A stretch of 20,000 nucleotides of DNA from an uncultured virus (IMG/VR IMGVR_UViG_3300008255_000125) (IMGVR_UViG_3300008255_000125); one strand, 5' to 3'. Numbered from the stretch's first letter, positions 9,403-16,507 are shown. The notes: a model not told the origin generated them from the letters alone. Translations and numbers: made by a program.

Positions 9403-9819
9403 ATGTATCCAACAAAGGAACAAATATTAAAGAAAGATCCGAAAGTAAAATCAATTATCAAAGCAGCGACATTAACTTGGAAAGATAAATATCTAAAAGA
9501 TTGGAAAGAATTACCAAAAGAAGAAAAAGTAGAAAGATTGAAGATCTTAGCACTTTGGCTAAATTGGTCAAATCATAAAAAACACGATACTCTTAAAATA
9601 AAAGTAGGAGATACGTTCCAATATGATCCAAGAAACCAGACTTTATACATAGATGGAGATAATCCAAGTATACTATCAACGTTGCACGAATTAGGTCATC
9701 ATATCAAAGGTTCAAGTGAATTAAACGCATGTAGATGGTCAGTATGGCTATTTATTGAATGCTTCCCAGGATTATATAAAAACCTGAAATGGGATAAACA
9801 TTTATTAGTTAAGAAATAA
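9403..9819 (+). CDS. Small HExxH (zincin-like) putative metallopeptidase
   Basis: STLHELGHH followed by SSE..A, the typical position of a third ligand. Confidence 0.7.
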   Translation: MYPTKEQILKKDPKVKSIIKAATLTWKDKYLKDWKELPKEEKVERLKILALWLNWSNHKKHDTLKIKVGDTFQYDPRNQTLYIDGDNPSILSTLHELGHHIKGSSELNACRWSVWLFIECFPGLYKNLKWDKHLLVKK

Positions 9820-9825
9820 TTAAAA

Positions 9826-9895
9826 TTCAGGTGTGCTTATTCATCCCCCTCTTAAACACGTAATCATGAGGGAGTGGTGTATAAGTACATCTGAA
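9826..9895 (+). other. 70 nt RNA hairpin (processing, stability or regulatory)
   Basis: 9826-9840 pairs with 9881-9895 (15 bp, two G-U pairs); inner CCCTC/GAGGG stem; no U-tract. Confidence 0.7.
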
Positions 9896-9901
9896 CACCA
9901 T

Positions 9902-10247
9902 TATGAACACAATTAATGCCCCGTGATAAAAGGTCGAATATTATTAGAAAAATTAATCATTATGCAACTAAATATACCCTTAGGAAGTTCAATAGAAAGA
10001 AAAGAGGAAAATGAGAATACTGTAAGGATTAAGGTTCCAAATACTAAATTCTGGATATTAGGAGAGAAAGTTTCCAAGTCGAACTGGAAAATGTCTCTAA
10101 TAGATCCTCAATCGAACTATAAGGATGTGATTCATGAAAACATAACAACCAAATCGTTTGCGATATTCTCAAACGTAATTCTCAAAACTCCATTCCCATA
10201 CAAAGGAAAAAGAGCTGAGAATTCAAGTGCTATTAAAAGGTTCATTA
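9902..10247 (+). ncRNA. Putative ~345 nt multi-stem structured RNA overlapping ORF 9923/9962-10291
   Basis: Imperfect closing stem (ATGAAC/GTTCAT, TTAAT/ATTAA); irregular arm 10012-10036/10147-10171; hairpins 10053-10107 and 10177-10223. Confidence 0.5.
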
Positions 10248-10291
10248 ATAAAAATATAAAAACATATGTCAACAGAAAACAAAGAAGTTAG
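9962..10291 (+). CDS. Hypothetical protein (probable ATG start at 9962; track gives GTG at 9923)
   Basis: Long open frame with AT-rich start context, but atypical codons, a 26 nt overlap with the next gene and dense RNA structure. Confidence 0.45.
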   Translation: MQLNIPLGSSIERKEENENTVRIKVPNTKFWILGEKVSKSNWKMSLIDPQSNYKDVIHENITTKSFAIFSNVILKTPFPYKGKRAENSSAIKRFINKNIKTYVNRKQRS

Positions 10292-10724
10292 TACAAAATT
10301 AACAGATAAAGTAGCAGAATACAAATTGATTGCTCGCGAATCTTTAAGAATGGATTTAATAACTCCACGTCTTTCAAAGATTGCTAACGTAGAAGTAACA
10401 ATAGATTCTACTAAAAAGTGTAAAGAAGAGATCGAGCACGAAATACTAGTAGAAAATTACGAAATTTCAAAACTTGATACTGATCACCCAGATTATCTAT
10501 TATTCAAAGAAGAGAAAGAAGAGACAGTAAAAGCTTACACAGAAGAAGTTGAAAACCACGACAAAGCTATCAAAGAATTAGAAGATGTTATCGCTGAGCA
10601 AAAGGAAGGCATCGCTAAAATTGAAAGTGGAGAGACAAAGGTTTCAATGGAAGCTCTTAATGATCTTGTATCAAAAATGATTGAACAAGATGCATTAAAT
10701 GCAATAGCTAAGAAAGCTGAGTAA
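10266..10724 (+). CDS. Acidic coiled-coil protein
   Basis: E/K-rich heptads; followed by a terminator. Confidence 0.88.
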   Translation: MSTENKEVSTKLTDKVAEYKLIARESLRMDLITPRLSKIANVEVTIDSTKKCKEEIEHEILVENYEISKLDTDHPDYLLFKEEKEETVKAYTEEVENHDKAIKELEDVIAEQKEGIAKIESGETKVSMEALNDLVSKMIEQDALNAIAKKAE

Positions 10725-10747
10725 CATCAGTAAAATTTAATAAAAAG

Positions 10748-10786
10748 AAAAAGCCCGAGCGCAGAAATGCCCTTCGGGCTTTTTTT
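10748..10786. terminator. Intrinsic terminator, probably bidirectional
   Basis: AAAAAGCCCGA-GC-GCA-GAAA-TGC-CCT-TCGGGCTTTTTTT: GC-rich stem flanked by A and T tracts. Confidence 0.9.
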
Positions 10787-10876
10787 ATGCTACATTGGAT
10801 GTCAAACGACATTAGATTTTTAAAAAACCATAACCGTTATCTCATGAGGCTGAAAAAATCGACTTTCGTGGGATGG

Positions 10877-10885
10877 TGGTATAAT
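10877..10885 (+). promoter_or_regulatory. Extended -10 promoter (TGnTATAAT)
   Basis: TGGTATAAT lies 9 nt upstream of the in-frame ATG at 10895. Confidence 0.65.
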
Positions 10886-10894
10886 ATAGCTGTA

Positions 10895-11074
10895 ATGAAA
10901 ACAATCGAACATACAAGGGCAAAATATGTCGAGAAAATAATACGCCTAGCTTGGAGTAGCCTAGAAAGCCATCTTGAATATACCTATAAAAAGACATCTG
11001 AAGGAGAAGAGTTCCATAAACAGTGTGTCAAGGAATATATAGAAATAATCAAGAATGCTTCCGAACTCTATTAG
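10895..11074 (+). CDS. Small hypothetical protein (59 aa; start revised from 10787)
   Basis: ATG 10895 follows the promoter, whereas 10787 abuts the terminator; converges on the exonuclease gene. Confidence 0.65.
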   Translation: MKTIEHTRAKYVEKIIRLAWSSLESHLEYTYKKTSEGEEFHKQCVKEYIEIIKNASELY

Positions 11075-11862
11075 GCTGTTATTTTTATAGTCTTTGGATT
11101 CGTAAAATAAGAACCACAATCCTGACATTGGTATTGCATCTTATAACCTCCTTTAACCATTTTATTCTTACTTTTAGTCATATGTGTAGATAAACACAAT
11201 GGATTTGGGCATGTTATACCATCTGGGTTAACATAAACAAAGTCTCCTGATTGTTTTGCGAATGGAAGTATCTTTTTTAGAACTTCATACTGTAAAGAAA
11301 CATCTAATTTACAATACTTTTTCATATATTTCCAAGCTTTTTTATCTCCTTTTTCACAATCAAGCCATAACTGCTTATGTGTACTAAGCTTTCTTCCTAT
11401 ATTTAGAAAATCTGCAATATCATCAAGTTTATTACTTGGCAAATGAAACATACTTTTTGCAATCTTTTTAGTGTCAAATGTTTTATTAACTGGAATTGGA
11501 TCTAACCCATGAGCCAGTAAACGAGTATTAAATACTTTCATATCAAATTGATCGCCATTATGAGCTGAAACAACATCAGCTTGCTTTAAAATAGGACCAA
11601 AGAATTTAACTAACTCTTCGTCATCTAATACTCCTTTTTTATATCCTTTAAAATCATCTTGACCAATAATTTTAACAGGACCATCATTCCACTTATACCC
11701 AACACAAAGAATTTTCTCAAATTCTATTTGTTCAATTATATTGGTTTCCCAAATACTCCCAAAGAAATATCCTTTTCCTGGGCTTGTCTCATAATCTAAC
11801 GACAATATTTTAACATCTTTTTTATCTGGAAAACTTAACTTAATATCTTTTTTCTTTTTCAT
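11071..11862 (-). CDS. DnaQ/RNase H-like (DEDDy) 3'-5' exonuclease with C-terminal Zn ribbon
   Basis: LDYET, AHNGDQFD, KLDDIA, YCKLDV; CPNPLC...CQDC. Confidence 0.9.
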   Translation of the reverse strand: MKKKKDIKLSFPDKKDVKILSLDYETSPGKGYFFGSIWETNIIEQIEFEKILCVGYKWNDGPVKIIGQDDFKGYKKGVLDDEELVKFFGPILKQADVVSAHNGDQFDMKVFNTRLLAHGLDPIPVNKTFDTKKIAKSMFHLPSNKLDDIADFLNIGRKLSTHKQLWLDCEKGDKKAWKYMKKYCKLDVSLQYEVLKKILPFAKQSGDFVYVNPDGITCPNPLCLSTHMTKSKNKMVKGGYKMQYQCQDCGSYFTNPKTIKITA

Positions 11863-11886
11863 ATATTTTATATTATATTTTTAATA

Positions 11887-12858
11887 TTATTCTTCGACTT
11901 CCTTTACTTTTTCATTTCCAAAACCAACACTTCCTCCAAATTCATTATCAGAACTTTTTGGATTACCCGACTCTAATAATGTTAACACTTCAACCACATC
12001 ATCCAGCTTATTATCTAAACAGAGTACAGAAATAAGAGATTCCGCTAAAGCTGCGAAAGATAATCCCTTTGTTTTCTTAACCCACTCATTTAGATTTTCA
12101 GTTTTAGGTAGTTTAGCTTTCAAGAAAGCCACCCTAACCTTTTCACTTGGTGGTAATATTTTATAAATTCTATCAAATCTTCTAGGACGATTGATAATCC
12201 TTCGATCTAATAACTCTGGATAATTTGTTGTAGCGATATTTATAACTCTGTCAATTTGACTGTCTCCATCTAGAATCGACAAAAGTTCAGTATCTCCATA
12301 CTTTTTAATAATCGCATCTATATCTTCAAAAACACAAACAATAGGTCTCTTTGGCTCTACTTGTCTTAAGTTTTTAAGTCCTTGTGTAAAAAAATCAGGG
12401 TTATCACATATAAGCACAATTCCACCACGGTCAACAACATCTTTCATTACTTGCCAAACGATAGATGACTTACCAACTCCTTGTGCTCCATAAAGCATAT
12501 AACCTCTTCTATGTAGGAATCCATGTTTTTTAAAAGAATCTTCCTTTTTCCAGAAATCATCTATTTCATTCAAAAATTTATCTGCCAGCTCTCCTTTAAA
12601 CCGCATTATTTTATCTATCTTAATATATCTACCGACAAAAATTGGTCTATCATCATGTCTATCCACTGTGACCCCGTAACAACCAGGTGGTAATTTTTCG
12701 TGAGTAACAGAGAACGCTTTAAATATTCTAGCTCCTACTGTGCCCCATTGATTTGGTTTTATAATATTTTCTTCTTGCTCAAGCTGTAGATTATACATAT
12801 TGTATACTCCATCATCAGTATCTTCTAAACTTGAACCTCTTGGTGAATTTAAACTCAT
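11887..12858 (-). CDS. AAA-family ATPase
   Basis: RRGYMLYGAQGVGKS (Walker A), CVFEDID (Walker B), ATTNYPELLD...RPRRFD (second region of homology). Confidence 0.93.
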   Translation of the reverse strand: MSLNSPRGSSLEDTDDGVYNMYNLQLEQEENIIKPNQWGTVGARIFKAFSVTHEKLPPGCYGVTVDRHDDRPIFVGRYIKIDKIMRFKGELADKFLNEIDDFWKKEDSFKKHGFLHRRGYMLYGAQGVGKSSIVWQVMKDVVDRGGIVLICDNPDFFTQGLKNLRQVEPKRPIVCVFEDIDAIIKKYGDTELLSILDGDSQIDRVINIATTNYPELLDRRIINRPRRFDRIYKILPPSEKVRVAFLKAKLPKTENLNEWVKKTKGLSFAALAESLISVLCLDNKLDDVVEVLTLLESGNPKSSDNEFGGSVGFGNEKVKEVEE

Positions 12859-12888
12859 ATATATTTTATATTCATAATTAATAATTTT

Positions 12889-13221
12889 TTACTTACGATA
12901 ACCTCTTTTATATGTTCTTCCTCTATGGCAATTGGAACATATAATATCACATTTTTCAATTTCAGCTAATAATCTAGCCCAACTAAAATTACACAATTCC
13001 GCTACCCCCATTTTTTTATCCTCTCCTTCTCTATGGTCAAAATCCATAGCATATGGTGGAAAAAAATTATGACAATCCATACAGGCCACTTTTTTTAATT
13101 CCTGTATGTAACTTCTCTTCTTTTTACGATCTCTTACTTTCTTCTCTACATACAATTCTCTGTTTCTAACATAAGAATTATGTTGAGCTTCCTGTTGCTT
13201 TTGTTTATTTTTATAAGGCAT
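12889..13221 (-). CDS. HNH-type endonuclease
   Basis: CMDC...DFDH...CDIICSNCH with a basic N-terminus. Confidence 0.85.
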   Translation of the reverse strand: MPYKNKQKQQEAQHNSYVRNRELYVEKKVRDRKKKRSYIQELKKVACMDCHNFFPPYAMDFDHREGEDKKMGVAELCNFSWARLLAEIEKCDIICSNCHRGRTYKRGYRK

Positions 13222-13227
13222 GGTTCT

Positions 13228-13236
13228 ATTATATCA
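13228..13236 (-). promoter_or_regulatory. Extended -10 promoter for a leaderless HNH mRNA
   Basis: Minus strand TGATATAAT-AGAACC-ATG. Confidence 0.6.
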
Positions 13237-13259
13237 TACTTCTAGAACCTTACCTAATG

Positions 13260-13332
13260 CTGAAGGCTAGGGAATCGAACCCTACCACGTGCTTTTGGAA
13301 TGCTCGTCGCCAGCCTTGGAACATGGCCTCCA
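13260..13332 (-). tRNA. trnW: tRNA-Trp(CCA), atypical or possibly degenerate
   Basis: Acceptor TGGAGGC/GCCTTCA, T arm TAGGG-TTCGATT-CCCTA, anticodon loop TT-CCA-AA; two A-A mismatches in the anticodon stem; CCA end not encoded. Confidence 0.8.
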
Positions 13333-13361
13333 ATTTGTGGGTTTTTACACCCACGGATATA

Positions 13362-13559
13362 TTAACCTACTACTTCTTCTTCTACTGGGGTCTCAACTAC
13401 TTCTTCAGCCACAGGAGCTTCAGTAGTTTCTTCAACTGGAGCTTCTTCTGCTGTTTCAACAGGAGCCTCAACAACTGTTTCTTCAGCTACTGTTTCTTCT
13501 ACAACTGGAGTTTCAACAACTTCTGGTTGTGTAGCTCCTACATTTAAATCTTGAATCAT
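13362..13559 (-). CDS. 65 aa low-complexity acidic E/V/T/A/P-repeat protein
   Basis: VVETPVVEETVAEETVVEAPVETAEEAPVEE...; no K or R; AT-rich leader with an upstream TGtTATGAT -10-like element. Confidence 0.8.
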   Translation of the reverse strand: MIQDLNVGATQPEVVETPVVEETVAEETVVEAPVETAEEAPVEETTEAPVAEEVVETPVEEEVVG

Positions 13560-13614
13560 ATAATTTTTAGTTTTAGTTTAGTAATTATTCGACCAATATA
13601 TATCATAACACATT

Positions 13615-13836
13615 TTAGAAAAAATCGAAATCAAAATCCTTACTCTTTAAACCCTCAATATAACCTTCTGATTCTCTAATTCTCTTTATTGTGTCTTTCG
13701 CCTGCTTCATTCTCTTTTTAGCATCTCCTCTTGTCTTTCTGTTATATTCCTTTAAATATTCTTTATAATTTCTTCCAGAGTTAATACTATCTCCGCAATT
13801 ATCTTTATTTTTCATAGCTTTGGTTCTATTTTTCAT
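13615..13836 (-). CDS. Small basic hypothetical protein
   Basis: 73 aa ORF packed directly after groES. Confidence 0.7.
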   Translation of the reverse strand: MKNRTKAMKNKDNCGDSINSGRNYKEYLKEYNRKTRGDAKKRMKQAKDTIKRIRESEGYIEGLKSKDFDFDFF

Positions 13837-13843
13837 AAAAATA

Positions 13844-14140
13844 TTACATTACATAAATAATATCCTCCTCTGCGACAAGTGAATAATTCTTACCTTCAAG
13901 CATAAATGGTCTTCCGTATTGAAAGATTACAGTATTTTCTACTTCTACACTTATTGGTTCAAATTCAAACTGATCATGACTCTTATGGAAAAATCTTTTT
14001 CCCTCTCCAACTGCAATTACTTTCCCCGTCATAAAATCCCCCATTTCTTTCTCTTTAGATATGATAATTCCTGAGGCTGTCTTTTCTTCAATATTATCTA
14101 CTTCAACTAAAATTCTATTTCCTAATAACTTTTTATTCAT
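13844..14140 (-). CDS. groES: Co-chaperonin GroES
   Basis: LGNRILV, mobile loop EEKTASGIII, GKVIAVGEG, EEDII. Confidence 0.95.
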   Translation of the reverse strand: MNKKLLGNRILVEVDNIEEKTASGIIISKEKEMGDFMTGKVIAVGEGKRFFHKSHDQFEFEPISVEVENTVIFQYGRPFMLEGKNYSLVAEEDIIYVM

Positions 14141-14158
14141 AAATTTGTATATTCTTAA

Positions 14159-14620
14159 TTAATAATCCCAAAGATCTCTCATATATTTTCCAAATAATGT
14201 GAAACCTTCCTCGACTTTTAAATTGTGTTCTTTTAGTTGCTCTTCGTTTAAATTTGTAGTAAATCTATTATCTACTTCAAACTCATCTTCCCAAGCACTA
14301 TCAAAAGCTAACTCAATTTTCTTTAAAATATTTAACCAAGCTCCTGGGTCTGAAGCAAACTCAATTGGAAGATGCATTCCATGCTCTTCATAATCCTTTA
14401 TAAAACTCTTTAAAGGATAATAAACTTTATCAATAACATAGCTACTTAAATCAGAAACATCATTCTCTGAGTAACCATAATACATTCTTTGTAACCAAAA
14501 TTTTATACCATAAAATATATCAAAGAAAAAATCAGCGAAACTAGATGACTTGTCTTTATTTATTTCTACTTCTTCCTTTGTATTTTCTACTATCTTTTCC
14601 TCTTTTCCTTTATAAATCAT
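14159..14620 (-). CDS. Hypothetical phage-type protein
   Basis: 153 aa ORF between groEL and groES, with its own promoter and structured leader. Confidence 0.85.
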   Translation of the reverse strand: MIYKGKEEKIVENTKEEVEINKDKSSSFADFFFDIFYGIKFWLQRMYYGYSENDVSDLSSYVIDKVYYPLKSFIKDYEEHGMHLPIEFASDPGAWLNILKKIELAFDSAWEDEFEVDNRFTTNLNEEQLKEHNLKVEEGFTLFGKYMRDLWDY

Positions 14621-14645
14621 ATTATTAATTCTTAGTTTATAATTA

Positions 14646-14775
14646 AGTATAAGATCATGGGGGTTTAACAGGTTACGATTTCTCGTTCTCTATCATATTG
14701 ATTATTTTGATAGGCCCCCACGATACAAATACTGGAGCACCGACTAGGTACCATCCGCCAATCCTCTACAAGGAT
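14646..14775 (-). ncRNA. Putative structured 5' leader or small RNA
   Basis: Minus strand: hairpins ATCCT/AGGAT and GGTACC/GGTGCT, then ATCGTGGGGG/CCCCCATGAT (one G-U) enclosing TATCA/TGATA and ACGA-GAAA-TCGT, with outer AGTAT/ATACT. Confidence 0.6.
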
Positions 14776-14781
14776 AATTCC

Positions 14782-14810
14782 ATTCTATACCTTTCTAAAG
14801 AACTTGTCAA
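14782..14810 (-). promoter_or_regulatory. Sigma70-type promoter
   Basis: TTGACA-17 nt-TAGAAT. Confidence 0.85.
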
Positions 14811-14821
14811 GTGTTTAGCGA

Positions 14822-16471
14822 TTATCTCATTCCATCAGGAAGCAACTTTGGTTCTTCTGCCATAGCAACCTCTGTTGTCAAAAGTATTCCACCAGCACTA
14901 GAAGCATTCTCAATTGCACTTCTTTCTACTTTTACTGGATTAACAATACCAGCATTTATCATATTTTGAACATATTCATTTCTCAAAGCATCAAAACCTC
15001 CGCCCTGAGACATCTTTTTAACGTTGTTTACAACCTCTTGACCATCTAGTCCACAATTGGTTGCAATGCAGTGTAGAGGGGCTTCTAGGGCCTTAGAGAG
15101 GATGTTAAAACCTATAAGCTCATCCTTTGTATACTTACTTGGTGAAGCTTCGCGCATTATAGCTTCAGCAGCTCCAATTAAGGCTACACCTCCCCCTGAA
15201 ACGATACCTTCTTCTAATGCTGCTTTTACAGAATTAACTGCATCTTCAATCTTTAGTTTCTGGTACTTTGTATCTTGTTCTGTGGCTGCTCCAACTTTTA
15301 TAATAGCTACTCCACCTGATAATTTAGCAATACGTTCCTCAACTTTAAGTTGATCGTGTTTTGATTCAAGACCAGCAAGCTCAACTTTAGCTTGTGCGAT
15401 TCTTGCATCAATTGATTCCTTTGTTCCCTTTCCGCCGACAATAGTTGTTTTATCTTTTGTAGATACAACCCTTGAAGCTGATCCAAGGTCTTCTAATGTT
15501 ACCTTACTTAATGGAGTTCCAAGATCACTAGCGATAAATTTAGCTCCAACAACTGTTGCGATATCTTCTAGATAATCTCTCTTTCTTAAACCAAAACCAG
15601 GGGCTTTGATTCCAAGAACAGTTAAAGCTCCGCGCATCTTGTTTACAACAAATGTGTTCAAGGCTTCTCCAACAATATCTTCAGCAATAATAACAAGTTC
15701 TCTTGCTCCTGAATTCATAACAGCTTCAAGAATTGGAACTATTTCATCAATAGCACCTAATTTCATATCTGTTACTAAAATTGGAACATCTTTACAAACT
15801 GCTTCAACTCTATTAACGTCTGTTACCATATATGGAGAGATATAACCTTTATCAAACTCTAATCCTTTAGACACCTCAGAAGAGATTCCAACTGTTGGAG
15901 ATTCCTCTACGGTAATAACAGAATCAGCTCCAAGTTCTTTAATTGTTTCTGAAATCTTTTTACCAATTTCTTCAGATTCAGATGATATTATAGCTACTTG
16001 TGTAATTTCTTCATCTGTATTAATTTGTTTAGCAATAGACTTAATATAATCTACACCAATTTTTGAGGCCTTCTCTATACCATTCTTAACCCCAATAGCA
16101 TTTACTCCTGACTTCTTGGCACTAAATATTTTATACCAAGGAGACTTAGTATGCATAGCTTTCATACCCTCGTTAAATATTGATTGCATTATGATAACTG
16201 AAGTTGTTCTACCATCCCCAGCATTATCATTTGTTTTTTGTGCAACTTCTTTAGTTACATTAGCTCCCATATTCTGTATAGGATCTTTCATTACAACTTC
16301 TCTACTAATTGATCCACTATCATTTGCGATAGTTGGTCCACCAAACCCTCTATCAAATATAACATTACGTCCCTTTGGACCAACTGTTACTTTTGATATA
16401 TCTCCGACTGTGTTAACACCAACTGCTAATTCTTTTCTACCTAAATCTCCGAACAATATTTGTTTACTCAT
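14822..16471 (-). CDS. groEL: Chaperonin GroEL, divergent
   Basis: TVGPKGRNV, AGDGRTT, FDKGYISPY, KAPGFG, ERIAKLSGGVA, EEGIVSGGG; full length 549 aa. Confidence 0.98.
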   Translation of the reverse strand: MSKQILFGDLGRKELAVGVNTVGDISKVTVGPKGRNVIFDRGFGGPTIANDSGSISREVVMKDPIQNMGANVTKEVAQKTNDNAGDGRTTSVIIMQSIFNEGMKAMHTKSPWYKIFSAKKSGVNAIGVKNGIEKASKIGVDYIKSIAKQINTDEEITQVAIISSESEEIGKKISETIKELGADSVITVEESPTVGISSEVSKGLEFDKGYISPYMVTDVNRVEAVCKDVPILVTDMKLGAIDEIVPILEAVMNSGARELVIIAEDIVGEALNTFVVNKMRGALTVLGIKAPGFGLRKRDYLEDIATVVGAKFIASDLGTPLSKVTLEDLGSASRVVSTKDKTTIVGGKGTKESIDARIAQAKVELAGLESKHDQLKVEERIAKLSGGVAIIKVGAATEQDTKYQKLKIEDAVNSVKAALEEGIVSGGGVALIGAAEAIMREASPSKYTKDELIGFNILSKALEAPLHCIATNCGLDGQEVVNNVKKMSQGGGFDALRNEYVQNMINAGIVNPVKVERSAIENASSAGGILLTTEVAMAEEPKLLPDGMR

Positions 16472-16507
16472 ATATTTTATTCATTATTTATAATTAATAA
16501 TTACGAC

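Noticed and set aside
10787..10894. N-terminal extension of ORF 10787-11074
   Set aside because: Starts at the terminator U-tract and spans a promoter; ATG 10895 is more plausible.
11071..11074. A-rich to T-rich compositional switch as an origin or island boundary
   Set aside because: Coincides with the change of coding strand and is explained by codon bias.
13257..13547. 96 aa + strand ORF
   Set aside because: Antisense shadow of the tRNA and the acidic repeat gene.
14713..14752. Permuted tmRNA or tRNA-like ends (GGTGCTCCA ... GGGGGCC on the - strand)
   Set aside because: Acceptor pairing needs a bulge, there is no T-loop, and the G-run pairs better with CCCCCA.
198..16493. Other short antisense or alternate-frame ORFs in the track (for example 198-398, 401-637, 2049-2339, 4844-5203, 8497-8916, 15057-15353, 16116-16493)
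   Set aside because: They overlap well-supported genes and show no motifs; expected shadows of biased codon usage.
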